A stretch of DNA of 64,000 nt from Mobula hypostoma. Taxonomy: Eukaryota. Made by a program: the position numbers and the translations under genes. Below are positions 37,330 to 49,600 of the stretch, in pieces. The DNA is taken from positions 9,550,001-9,614,000 of the forward strand of contig NC_086101.1 in assembly GCF_963921235.1 (NCBI RefSeq). Reading direction: 5' to 3'. How positions within the stretch are numbered: position 1 is the stretch's first letter; every line of letters starts with the position of its first letter. A model generated the notes under the pieces. That model worked only from the letters and a program-made list of their open reading frames with translations, was not told the origin of the DNA and made no database searches.

Positions 37330-38617
37330 CTGGAAGACCAAAGGGTTTATAAGTCACCCAGACCAGATGAACTGCACTCTGGGGGTCTGAAAGAGGATGC
37401 AGTAGAAATCGTGGAGTCAACAATGATTGTTCAAAAATCATTGGACTCTGGCCTGGTGCCAGAGGACTGGAAATTTGCAAATGTCACACCACCCTTTAAG
37501 AAAGAAGGAAGGTAGCAGAAAGGAAATTATAGACCCGGTAGCCTGACCTCGGTACCTGGGAAGATAATGGAGTCAATTTTTAAGGATGGAGTTATGGAGC
37601 ACTTAATGACACAGGACTAGATAGGACAAAGTCAGAATGGTTTCCTTAAGGAAAAGTTGTACCTGACGAGCCTGTTAGAATTCTTTGAGGAGATTACAAG
37701 TGGGATAGATGGTGGAATAGGTGGCTGTGTTGCCAAGTCTGCAGATGATCTGAAGACTGGTGGAGGGGCAGGTAGTGTTGGAAAACAGGCAGGCTGCAGA
37801 AGGACTAAGACAGGTTAGGGAAATGGGCATGAAAATACCAAAATACAATGAAATACAATGTTCAAAAATGCATGGTCATGCACTTTGGTAGCAGAAATAA
37901 ATCTGCAGACTATTTTGTAAATGAGCGCAAAATCCAAAAATCTGAGATGCAAAGGAACTGGAGTCCTTCTACAGAACATGCTAAATGCTAACTTGCAGGT
38001 TGAGTCGGTGATGTAAAGCACATTCAGGAATACAAGAGCAGGGATGTGATGCTGAGGCTTTATAAGGCACTGGTGAGGCCTCACCTTGAGCATTGTCAAC
38101 AATTTTGGGCTTCCCATCTGAGAAAGGATGTGCTGGCATTGGAGAGGGACCAGAGGAGGTTCACAAGGATGATTCCAGGAATGATACGAGGAACGTTTAA
38201 TGGCTCTGGGTCTGTACTCACAGGAATTTAGAAAGATGAGAGGAGATCTCATTGAAACCTTTTGAATATTGAAAGGTGCAGACAGAGTCAATGTGGAAAG
38301 GATGTTTCCCATGGACAGAGAGTCCAGGACAAGAGAGCACACCCTCAGAATAGAGGGGTGTCCATTTAAAACATGCTGAAGAAACTTCTTTAACCAGAGG
38401 TGGTGAATTTGTGGAATTTGTTACCACAGGCCGCTGTGGAGGCCAGGCCATTGGGTGTATTTAAGACAGAGTTGATAGGTTATTGATTGGACACAAAATC
38501 AAAGGTTACAGGGAGTGGGGCTGAGGAGGGGAATAAAGGATCAACCATGATTGAATAGCAGAGGAGACTTGATGGGCCAAATAGCCTAATTCTGCTCCTA
38601 TGTCTTATGGTCTTATG
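37330..38617 (+). mobile_element. CR1 ORF2, internally deleted
   Basis: RT motifs and CTTATGGT tail. Confidence 0.88.
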
Positions 38618-38678
38618 CTTAGTCGCAGCAAACTGCACCTGGACCATAGCCCCCCATACTCCGCATCCAGGTACTTAC

Positions 38679-38811
38679 CCAAATTTCTGTTTTCCGTTCT
38701 GTGACACCCTCTGAGGGAGATGCCCAAACCAGTACGAGATGTGCGGTCGTATTGTGGGTCTCAGGGTGAAGAAGCAGCCAGGACATCCTGAGGTGAAAAG
38801 CCTTCATCTCC
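38679..38811 (-). CDS. Candidate exon, 133 nt: EMKAFHLRMSWLLLHPETHNTTAHLVLVWASPSEGVTERKTEIW
   Basis: Acceptor ctgacccacttttcag|GG with branch-like CTGAC, donor TGG|gtaagt; phase 2 to 0, open. Confidence 0.6.
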
Positions 38812-39200
38812 CTGAAAAGTGGGTCAGTCAGTCTGACCGACTGCACAAAGAACATGAAAAGTCACATGGATCAAGCTGTAAAGCCAACCATATTTTGTAA
38901 AACTGCAGAGAGACAAGGGATGGTGTTGTTTCCCTGTTGCCGGGTATTGTTTCGTTGTTGTTCTGTGTGTTGTTCTGCTGAATATTGCCAGAGTATGATG
39001 GACAGACTACTGATCTCACCCGTCTACCTGGTTATGTCCGCACTCTTCATTGTCTTCCTGCACTGCACTTTCCCTGTCACTGTAACACTTTATTCTGCAA
39101 TCTGTTACTGCTTTTCACTTGCATTCCTTCAATGCACTGATGTGATGAAATAATCTGTAAGGGAGGCATGCAGAACAAAGTATTTCACTGTACCTCCGTA

Positions 39201-39498
39201 CCTGTGACAAGGACAAACTATTTTACCAATGTGCATGCACTGTCTACAACATGCACTGTCAGGGTTACTCTGAAAGGACTCCAAAGGTCATCTCCATAAG
39301 ACAACCTATGTTGAGTGGCAGGAAACCATGAGCAAAAAGTGCCTTTAATACACCGTACGGTCTTAAATAACACAGGACCTGTGACAATGACGAATCATTT
39401 TCCCAATGTGCATGCACTGTCTACAAAATGCACTGTCAGGGCTACTCTGCTACTCGTGGGGCAGAAAACCAGGAGCAACAAGGTGCCTTTAATACACC
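39201..39498. repeat. Local tandem duplication with about 177-bp offset
   Basis: CCTGTGACAA...ATGCACTGTCAGGG.TACTCTG...GTGCCTTTAATACACC occurs at 39201-39354 and 39378-39498. Confidence 0.85.
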
Positions 39499-39580
39499 TT
39501 AAGTCAACTGTGTGAACACAGGGAAGCATGCATCCCCAAGAGGGAGTTCAGAACGAGGCAACAATTTCAACATTTATAAC

Positions 39581-39632
39581 CTGTATTGATCACAGGACCC
39601 AGGCTGGTTGAGGGTTAAACCAGACAGAGCTT
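39581..39632 (-). CDS. Candidate exon, 52 nt: (E)ALSGLTLNQPGSCDQY(R)
   Basis: Long pyrimidine tract with a tandem AAG/AAG acceptor; weak donor CAG|gttata; phase 1 to 2 bridges its neighbours. Confidence 0.3.
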
Positions 39633-40134
39633 CTTCGGTGAGAAGCGACGGAAAGTGATGAAGAAGTGGGAAATGATGAGAAACAGAAATGTTTGCCCAG
39701 CGTGACAGTGGGATTTTTGAATATTGATGAGCAGAGAAGGGTGTGACTGTCAGTTTAAATATAAACTTCCCCTGTAGTCTGACAGCCTCCCCAGAGTAAC
39801 TAAACCCCATAGGTTCAGGGGAAATGAGGTGGCGTTGATTTTCATCAGTGAGGTCATCAATCTCTCCACTTCCAGCCTCCCTGACTGAATTAACCTCCGG
39901 GGCTTGATGGCGGGGTGTTCAGCTGTGTCTGAGGCCGGGAGAGCTGATGGTGACGGTGGATCAGAAGGTGTGAGTAGGCGAGGAGCTGGTTGGCCTCTGA
40001 GTGCTAGAATGGAGCATCCACCGGTCTCCAAGGGCCAAAGCAAGTTGAGTGTGATTGAGTGCAGGATGGGGTAACAGGTATTGAGGGGGGCAGAGGACTC
40101 TCAGGACTTTCAGCTGCTCAGCTGTAATTGGAAT

Positions 40135-41660
40135 ACAAAATAAACTCGCTGATAATATTAAAGAGGATACCAAAAGTTCCTTCAGATACATAAAGTGTAA
40201 AGGAGAGGCAAAAGTGGATATCAGACCGCTGGAAAACAATGCTGGAGAGGTAGTAATGGGAGAGCAAGGAAATGGCGGATGAACTGAATAAGTATTTTGC
40301 ATCAGTCTTCACTGTGGAAGACTCTAGCAGGATGCTGGAAGTTCAGGAGTGTCAGGGGTCAGGAATGCGTGAAGTTGCCATTACCAGAAGGTTGATGAGA
40401 AACTGAAAGGCCTGAAGGTCGATCAGTCAACTGAACCAGATTGTGTAGAACCCCGTGTCCTGAAAGAGGGGGCTGAAGAGATAGTGGAGGCATTAGGAAT
40501 GATCTTTCAAGGATCATAGATTCTGGAATGATTTCCAAAAGACAGGAAAATTGCAAATACCAATCCACTCTTCAGAAAGGGAGAGAGGCAGAAGAAATGA
40601 AATTATTAGCCAGTTAGTCTGACCTCAGTGGATGGGAAGATGTTCCAGTCGATTATTAAGAATGAGTTCTCAGGTTACTTGGAGGCACATGATAAAATAG
40701 GCCGTAGTCTGAATGTTTTCCTCAAGGGAAAATCTTGACTGACATATCTGTTGAAATTCTTTGAAGAAAGGATGTTTCCTGCGGTGGCGTATCCAGAACT
40801 GGAGGGCACAGACTCAAAATTAAGGGGCGATCCTTTAGAACAGAAGTAAGGAGGAATTTATTTTTTAGCCAGTGAGTGGTGAATCTGTGGAATGCTCTGC
40901 CACAGACTGCTGTAGAGGCCAAGTACGTGGGTACATTTAAAGCAAAAGATGATAGATTCCTGATTGGTCAGAGCATTAAGGGACATGGTAAGAGGGCAGG
41001 TGTATAGGGTTGAATGGGATCCTGGATCAGCCATGATAAAATGGCGGAGAGGACTAGATGGGCTGAATGGCCTAATTCTGCTCCTATGTCTTATGGTCTT
41101 ACGGTCTTAAATAAGAAGCAGGATAGACAAAGGAGAATTGGTTGATGTTGTGTACTTGGATTTTCGGAAGGCGTTGATGTTGCTGAACAGGCTACAAGCC
41201 CCTGGTATTACAGGAAAGGTACGAGTGTGGATAAAGCAGTGGCTGCTTGGAAGGAGGCAAAGAGTGAGAATAAAGGGAGCATTTTCTGGGTGGCTACTGG
41301 TGATCATTGGTGCTCCACAGAGGTCTGTGTTGTGACAGATTCTTTTTACGTTACGTGTCAATGATTTGGATGATGGAATTGATGGCTCTGCTGCAAAGTT
41401 TACAGATGAAATGAAGATAGGTGGCGGGGAGGTAATTTTGAGGAAGTAGAGGAGGACTTAGACAGATTAGGAGAGTGGGTAAAGGAATGGCAGATGGAAT
41501 ACAGTGTTGGGAAGTGTATGATCATGCACTTTGGAAGAAGAAATGAAAGGGCTAACTATTTTCTAAATGGAGAGAAACTACGAAAAACTGAGTTGCAAAG
41601 TGACTTGAGAATCTTTGTGTGGGATTCCCTAAAGGCTAACTTGCAGGTTGAGTCTGTAGT
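40135..41660 (+). mobile_element. CR1 ORF2 fragment with a second CR1 3' end nested at about 40770-41105
   Basis: YFASVFT, VYLDFRKA and GAPQRSVL motifs. Confidence 0.88.
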
Positions 41661-42299
41661 TTTACACTAACTAAGAAAGTTTATTTTTAAGAAAGCTTAA
41701 ACTCTGTCATGTGTACATCAAAACATCAAAACATACAGTGAAATGTGTCATTTACACCAATGATCAGCAGTCCGAGGCTTGTGCTGGGGGCAGCCCTTAT
41801 GCTGCCTTGTGTCTGGCACCAACATCGTGTACCCACAACTTACCAACGTGCCTCTTCGACTATGTTCACTCCGTTACCAAGGCAGCGAGACGCCTTTCTG
41901 TGTTGTGCTGAGCTGTGTCCACAACTCTCTGCAGTTTCCGGCATTCCTGGGCACAGCGGTGGCCATGCCAAGCCTTGGTGCATCCAAATAGGACATGATC
42001 CCACAGATAGAGAGGACAATGTCAAGGGGCTAAATGGTCTCCTCAAAGTAGTCTCATTTTATTTTCTGGTTTGTGTGGTTTAATGTTTGACACTTCTCCA
42101 AACCCTTCCTGCGATGAGGCAACCCTCATGGTGTTACCAATCAGATCCTCTTCTGCTCCATGTGGAATAGCCCCAGGGTCCCCAGAATACGCATGGAACT
42201 GCCACCTCTCATCCCTGGACTAATTCCTATCGAACATTTCTGCACTCTTTCTACATCCTCCAGGTTTTCCCTAAAACGTGGCCCTCCTCCCCAGGACTG

Positions 42300-42750
42300 A
42301 TTCCAATTCTCAGAATCACACATTTATCATCACTGACTTACATGTGTTGTTTTCCGGCAGCAAACTTGAAAACTGAAAGCAAAACTTATTGTCAGAGTAC
42401 ACACATGTCACCAGATACAACCCCGAGCCCCGAGATTCTTTTCCTGTGGGCATACTGGGCAAATCTATAGAACAGTAACTGTAAACAGGATCGACGGACA
42501 GCAAGCTGTGTAAATACAAATATAAATAAATAGCAATAAATAATGATCATGAATAACAACATAAAGAGTCCTAAAAATGAGACAACTGGTTGTGGGAACA
42601 CCAGAAGTAGAATGAATGGATTTATCCCCTTTTGTAAAAGAAACTGATGGTTGAGGGGTAGTAGCTGTTTTGAAGGTGGTAGTGTGGCCAGTCGTGATGC
42701 TCTTGTACTTTCTGCCTGATGGCAGCAGCGAGAGAAGGGTGCAATGTGAT
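42300..42750 (-). mobile_element. Rex1/Babar 3' end
   Basis: SLLPSGRKYKS motif and 3' UTR. Confidence 0.75.
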
Positions 42751-42777
42751 GACATAGAAACACTAGAAACTACAAAA

Positions 42778-43540
42778 ATCAAATATGATGGCAGAATATA
42801 GTATTAATGGTAAGACTCTTGGCAGTGTGGAGGATCAGAGGGATCTTTGGGTCCAAGTCCATCGGAGGCTCAAAGCTGCTGCACAGGTTGACTCTGTGGT
42901 TGAGAAGGCACACAGTGTATTGGCCTTCATCAATCATGAAAATGAATTTAGGAGCCAAGAGATAATGTTACAGCTATATGTGACCCTGGTCAGACCTCAC
43001 TTGGCGTACTGTGCTCGGTTCTGGTCGCCTCAGGAAGGATGTGGAAGCTATAGAAAGGGTGCAGAGGAGATTTACAAGGATGTTGCCTGGATTGGGGGAG
43101 CATGCTTTATGAAAACAGGTTGAGTGAACTCGACCTTTTCTCCTTGGAGTGACAGAGGATGAGAAGTGACCTGATAGAGGTGTATAAGGTGATGAGAGGC
43201 ATTGATCCTGTAGATAGTCAGAGGCTTTTTCCCTGGGCTGAAATGGCTGCCACAAGAGGACACAGGTTTAAGATGCTGGGGAGCAGGTACAGAGGAGATA
43301 TCAGGGTAAGTTTTTTACGCAGAGAGTGGTGAGTGCATGGAATGGGCTGCCGGCAACGGTGGTGGAGGCCGATACGATAGGGTCTTTTAAGAGACTTTTG
43401 GATAGGTACATGGAGCTAAGAAAAATAGAAGGCTATGGGTAGGTCTAGTAATTTCTAAGGTAGGGACATGTTCGACACAACTTTTTGGGCCGAAGGGTCT
43501 GTATTGTGCTGTAGGTTTTCTCTGTTTCTATGTTTCTAAA
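42778..43540 (+). mobile_element. CR1 3' portion (young subfamily)
   Basis: YSINGKTLGSVEDQRDL motif through the TTTCTATG tail. Confidence 0.92.
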
Positions 43541-43665
43541 TACAGTGTAAGAAAAAAGAATAAAGCAGAAAATGTAGAGGTCCGATGGCTGAAGCCCTGG
43601 GTTAGATTGTCCGGGGGTCAGAGGTCTGTTGTCTGCGAGTCTGATCCAGGATGTGGGGTTGTAGT

Positions 43666-43865
43666 CAAGGACTGAAGGCCTAGAGGCAGCCTGTCCTGTG
43701 GTTGGCCTAGAGGCAGCCTGTTCAGCGCCAAGGACCGAAGGCCAAGAGGCAGCCTGTCCTGTGGTTATCCTAGCGGCAGCCTAACAGAGCCAAGGACTGA
43801 AGGCCTAGAGGAGGCCTGTCCTGTGGTTGACCTAGAGGCAGCCTGTTCAGCGCCAAGACCGAAGG
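43666..43865. repeat. Minisatellite, 62-63-bp unit, about 3.2 copies
   Basis: Units start at 43666, 43729, 43791 and 43854; internal CCTAGAGGCAGCCTGT subrepeat. Confidence 0.9.
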
Positions 43866-44356
43866 TGTGCTGTCTTGTGGTTGGAAGTAAGTGTGTGTGT
43901 GTGTGAGAGAGAGGGTGTGAAAGAGGTCTGTTTTGATATTGTGGTCTTGTTTTTGTTGTGCTGTTGTTCTGAACATTCTGGGCACCCTATGGCGGAATGT
44001 TTGGTGATACTTTTGAGCTGCCTCAGCAAATCCTTGGCTGTGTTGGTTTTTAACACGAAGGACACATGTCTCAGTACGTTTTGATGTAGGTGTGATTAAA
44101 TATCTAACTCTGAATCGTTCATGGGGTCACGAACATTGTGCTCACATCGGACCGTTCAAAGATCTGATGGAGGAGGGGAAGAAGCTGTTTCTGAATCATT
44201 GAGTGTGGGTCTTCAGGTTTCTGTACCTCTTCTCCAAAAAGTCTTGGGCAATAAGTGACACAAGAGATTCTGTAGAAGCTGGAAATTCAGAACAACCCAC
44301 ACACAAAATGCTGGAGGAACTCAGCAGGTCAAGCAGCATCTATGGAAATGAATAAA

Positions 44357-44535
44357 CTGTCCCATCACGCACTCCTAGGGTCTGACACAGAGTGAAGCTC
44401 CCTCTAAATTGTCCCATCACACATTCCCTGTATTAGACATAGAGATGTTCCCTCTGTCCTATGAGATGGTCCCAGGGCATGGATTAGACAGAGAATAGTG
44501 CTTTTTCTGCACTGTCCCATCACATGGTCACAGGA
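44357..44535 (+). repeat. Degenerate GTCCCATCACAC-type satellite units
   Basis: TGTCCCATCAC occurs three times with CAGAGTGAAGCTCCCTCT-like spacers; resembles a common elasmobranch repeat. Confidence 0.6.
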
Positions 44536-45202
44536 CAAGCAGCTTTGCAAAACATGACAACAGATCATTGACCTAATTAGCATCTTGGTTTCCTGTGATC
44601 TGTGAGAGCAAGATCAACCACAATCGGGACAGAGAGAGAGAGAGAGATAACACAAGGGTGCCTGAGCTGAAAGCTTGTCTCCGTCCTGCACTGAGGGTTC
44701 CTCTTTCTCACTGCTAACCTCTGCTTCAGTGGCTGATGGAGAAATCCCCAGAAGGCTCATGGCTACATGTGGCCAAGAGCAGGAACCAGCCACTGTGCGA
44801 TACACCAGTCAGTCAGCGGGTAGTTTGGAAAGTAAAAATCCCCGGGAAGCCCAGAATTACTGCCCAGTTTCTCTCTTCCTTGGATGATGGTGGTCATGGG
44901 GTCCAATGGTACAAATTCCTGAAGGCTGGAGAGAGCAGTGGGGAAGGAGGAGTCAGTAAGGGGGTATGGGGTCATTGAGAACGAGGGGTCAGGGTGAGAG
45001 TTCAGTGGGAGGGATGTGGTCGGGAGAAATGAGGGGAAGGAGTAAGAATCAAAGTAGTACATACATATCACCATATATAACCCTGTTTCATTTTCTTGCA
45101 GGCATACTCAATAAATCCACAGAATAATAACCATAGCTGAATTAAAAAGAGACGACACCAACGTGGGTGTTCAACCAGTCTGCAAATACATAAAGAATGA
45201 AA

Positions 45203-45205
45203 TAA

Positions 45206-45272
<67 letters not shown>
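45203..45272. repeat. (TAAA)n microsatellite
   Basis: Directly visible. Confidence 0.97.
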
Positions 45273-45375
45273 GCAATAAGTATTGAGAAAACATAATGAA
45301 GAATCCTTAAAAGTGAGTCACATAAAAGTTGCTGGTGAACGCAGCAGGCCAGGCAGCATCAATAGGAAGAGGTAC

Positions 45376-45411
45376 AGTCAACGTTTCGGGCCGAGACCCT
45401 TCGTCAGGACT
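45376..45411 (-). ncRNA. Minimal hammerhead ribozyme motif in Penelope remnant (45320-45535)
   Basis: agtc-CTGACGA-agggtctcggccc-GAAA-cgtt-gact; all core residues present. Confidence 0.7.
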
Positions 45412-46331
45412 AACTGAAAGAAGAGTTAGTAAGAGATTTGAAAGTGGGGGGAGGAGGGGGAGATCCAAAATGATAGGAAAAGACAGGAGGGGGAGGGATG
45501 GAGCCAAGAGCTGGACAGTTGATTGACAAAAGGGATATAGTCATAGTCATACTTTATTGATCCCGGGGGAAGCTGGTTTTCGTTACAGTTGCACCATAAA
45601 TAATAAATAGTAATAAAACCATAAATAGTTAAATAGTAATATGTAAATTATGCCAGGAAATAATTCCTGGCTCGGGGTATCTGACCCTCCAAGGGAGGAG
45701 TTGTAAAGTTTGATGGCCACAGGCAGGAATGACTTCCTATGACGCTCTGTGTTGCATCTCGGTGGAATGAGTCTCTGGCTGAATGTACTCCTGTGCGAGT
45801 GAAGTAGAGTGAAGTTATCCCCTTTGGTTCAAGATCCTGATGGTTGTGGGGTAATAGCTGTCCCTGAATGTGATGGTGTGGGGCCTGAGGCCCCTGTACC
45901 TTCTTCCCGAGGGTAGAAGCAGAACTGGGTTTACGATCACTGTCATATGTTGTGAGATTTGCTGCTTCACAGCAGCAGTACAGTGCAAGACATAAAAAAA
46001 ACCCATAAACTACAATGAGAATTACTGTATATAAAAATTTTTGAAAAGACAGTACAAAAAGAGAGCAAAATGTTGAAGCACACTACCTCACTACCTTGAA
46101 AGGTAAGAAGGAGGGGGGAGGAGGGGCGGAGAGAGGGAGAGGAAAGAGTCTGGACATTTTTTCAAGACTGAAGATTGAAGATTCATGATGGAATAGTCAG
46201 TAAGAGGAAGATATTGACAAGGAGGAAGTGCCAAACATAAGAACATCTGCAGATGTTGGAAATCCAAGCAACGCACCCAAAACGCTGGAGGAACTCGGTA
46301 GGCCAGGCAGCATCTATGGAAAAGAGTAAAC

Positions 46332-46367
46332 AGTCGATGTTTCGGACTGAGACCCTTCATCAGGACT
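46332..46367 (-). ncRNA. Minimal hammerhead ribozyme motif (solo terminus)
   Basis: agtc-CTGATGA-agggtctcagtcc-GAAA-catc-gact. Confidence 0.55.
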
Positions 46368-46399
46368 GGATAGAGTGCGGTCGTTAAGAGGGAGGGGCC

Positions 46400-46850
46400 C
46401 ACAAGACCATAAGACATAGGAGCCATTCGGCTCATCTGGTCTGCTCCACCATTCCATCGTTACTGATTTATTGTCCTTCTCAATCCCATTCTCCTCCTTT
46501 AACCCTGTAGCCTTGGATGCCCCGACTAATCAAGAACTTATCAACCTCTGCTTTAAATATACCCAAAGACTTGACTGCCAAAGCTGTTTGTGGCAATGAA
46601 TTCTACAGATTAACTACCCTCTACAGAGGGCACACCCTCTGTGCCCTCTGGTCCTAGACTCACTCACTATAGGAAACATTAACTCCACGTAACTCTGTCT
46701 AGGCCTTTCAATATTCGATAGTTTCTGTGAGATTTGTCTCCTAATTCTTCTAAACTCCAGCGAGTACAGGCCCAAAGCTAATAAATGCTCTTCCTATATG
46801 AAACCATTCATTCCTGGGACCATTCTCGTGAACCTCCTCTGGAACCATTT
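46400..46850 (-). mobile_element. CR1 3' fragment
   Basis: CCATAAGA tail and coding remnants. Confidence 0.8.
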
Positions 46851-47264
46851 CTCTGTCCAGTCCGACGTACACGTGATAAATAACTGAATGTGAATCTGAC
46901 TCTGGTCTGAAAACTAGCCTCTCACAGCAGCAGCACAGTTTATCACAAGCAAAAGTGAGAAGATGCCTCCTAACTGTTCTGAGAGTCTTAGTCTCCCACC
47001 ACCCTCTCAGACAGTGCATTCCAGATTTCACCCACCCTCTAGGTGAAGAAATCACCCCCCCCACATCCACTCGAACCCTTTCACCTTACACCTCTATGCT
47101 CTTGCTTTCGATTCCCCCCACAAAAGGGAAAAACAGATTCTTTCCGTTTGTCTCACATTGTAATACACCTCCTTCGGATCACACCCCCTCACCCGCCCTC
47201 CGCCAACCCTCTGCTACTCCAGGGAAAACACACCCAACCCACGCAGTCTCTCCTTGCGCCTGAA

Positions 47265-47770
47265 GGCATGACAGCAGCTATATTTCATTAGGAGTTTGAG
47301 GGGACTTGGTATGTCACCTGCGACTCCAGCAAAGTTTCTACAGATGTACCGTGGAGAGCTTTCTAACTGATTGCACGGAGGGCGACTGCACTGGATTGGA
47401 AAATGCTGCAGAAAATTGTAAACTCCAAGGACTTATGAGTAAGAACTCAGTCCGTCATGGGCTGTAGCCTCCACAGCATTGAGCACACCTTGAAAGGGTG
47501 GTATCCATTGTTAAGGACCCCAATTACCCAGGACGTGTCCTTTTCTCATTTCTACCATCAGGGAGGAGGTACAGGAGCCTGAAAACACATGTTTTAGGAA
47601 CAGCTTCTTCCCCTCAGCCATCAGGTTTCCGAATGTACAATGAACCCACAAACATTATCTCACTATTTTTTCTTCTTTTGCTCACTTTTTGCTCTATTTA
47701 TTTAATTGTTTTTTATAGATATGTATTTTCTTTTGTAATTTGTAGATTTTTTTTATTAGTAGGTATTGAA
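47265..47770 (+). mobile_element. Rex1/Babar 3' fragment
   Basis: SIVKDPNYPG..LFSFLPSGRRYRSLK motif. Confidence 0.8.
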
Positions 47771-48964
47771 TTGTACCAGGGTCTCTGGGGTTCTTGCTTG
47801 TTAGTTCCCTGAGTGCTCACTTGTTAGTCCACTGAGTTCTCAGGCAGAGCAGTTGCCATACCAAGCCAGTATGCGTCCACACAGAATGTTTTCTGTGGTG
47901 TATACTTCAATCCAGAAAGAATTAATTCAGAAAAACACCACCTTCCATTTCTTCCCTCCCCTGGTATTTGTTTTGTCTGTACCTCCACTGTCTTTGACTT
48001 GTTCTGCCCAGTTTTTCCACAGATTATTAAATTCCTCAGGCCGACTCTTGGCCCAAGACTGCGAGAAACCGCAGAGGGTCGTGGACACAGCTCAGACCCA
48101 TCATGGGATCCAGCCCTCCTTCCATCAACAGTCTACATTTCTCACAACCTCGATAAAACAGCCAACTCCGTAAAAAAAAACTCACCCACCCTGGACGTTC
48201 TTGTTTGCTCCCCCTCCCATCAGTCTGAAAATGGTAGTTTTCCATCATATCCAATGAAGATAGGAAACCTGTGCAGGAGAGTTTTTAAAGTGGGAAAGCT
48301 GTTGTACTGGAGCAGTTTCACTCTCTCAACCTCAGAACTCTGGGTCCTGGGTCCTGGGGTATGAGTAGTTGTCACAACTGGGAACTTCCTTGGTAGCAGT
48401 GGAAGACCATGACTTCTCCTGTGCCTTGCCATGCCTTTTCTGGCCATTAGATCTCCCTGTAGATCTCATCCACCCAGTCCGTGGGAGCTGACTTCACATG
48501 CCAGGTCAGACACGTCCCTATCTCACTGGGGTATGAGACTCGCCGGCTACCCTCACTTGGCTTAGCCTGCCTGTGGAAACAGTGTACCAGGGTGTGGCCA
48601 CCCTCACATCCAAACATCTACCTGGAGCCACAAGTGAGAGCTGAGTGTCTGACAGGGACCGAAGATGAGTGAGCTGCCCCAGAATGGACATGACAAGCCC
48701 CTTCAGCGGAGCTGCTACCCCTCCCTCCAACAACATACAGAACCACATACCACCAGGCTCAAGGACAGCTTCTATCCCACTGCACAAGAAAGTGAAATGC
48801 AATAAGATGGACTCTGGACCTCACAATCTACCTTGTCATGGTCTTGCACTGTAGCTTCCCTGTAATACTTTAATCTGCACTCTGTTATTGGTTTCCCACG
48901 CACTACCTCAATACACTGTTGTGGCCAAACAATCTGTATGGATGGCACACAGACAAAACACTGT

Positions 48965-49600
48965 ATCTTGGTAAAAGGCGGGAGGAGAGAGAACAGCGCG
49001 CCTGCGCGTGCGCAGCTCTCCGGTGAAAAATGGTATCGTATCTGTTAAATAGGGGCCATGGACAATTCTGATTTGATGGAGAATGGACGTGAAAGCACAG
49101 AGGAACATCTGGAGAAATTTCTGAAACGCTCGTTCGCTGCTGTTGGTACTGTGTGAACGGGAATCTTTCAGAGGGTAGGCCTCAAAATCCCCAGGTTTGC
49201 CTGCTGTTGGCGACCGAGGTTGAGGTTGAATCGTTCAGTTAGAGATGGCGCTTGGTACTCGGTGTCGGACAGCTGATCAGAGCTCGAAGTTTTCGGATGA
49301 CTCAGGGTTGGACCGTGGTCAGATACGGCAGGGAGAGTTTTTCTTCCTTCTCCCGTCTGCGTGAGATATGGGACATTTGAGAGATTTTGAATTTTTACTG
49401 TGCTCATGGACTTCTTCATCAAGTTATGGTATTGTTGCACTGTTGTAACTATATGTTATAATTATGTGGTTTTGTCAGTTTTTCAGTCTTGGTCTGTCCT
49501 GTGTTTTGCGATATCACACCGGAGGAATATTGTACCATTTCTTAATGCATGCATTATGAAATGACAATAAAAGAGAACTACGTGTCTTAGTAATCTAAAA
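48965..49600 (+). mobile_element. Probable non-autonomous retroelement with CpG-rich head and Rex-like 3' UTR
   Basis: 3' part (CCGGAGGAATATTGT..ATTTC...AATGACAATAAA) resembles Rex tails elsewhere in the window; no coding remnant. Confidence 0.45.

Noticed and set aside
43666..43865. CRISPR-like array
   Set aside because: Spacers are themselves repeated; eukaryotic context with no cas genes.
44763..44927. Strong minus-strand acceptor with a 54-codon frame
   Set aside because: The phase-1 frame hits a stop quickly and no good donor was found; cannot be placed in the model.
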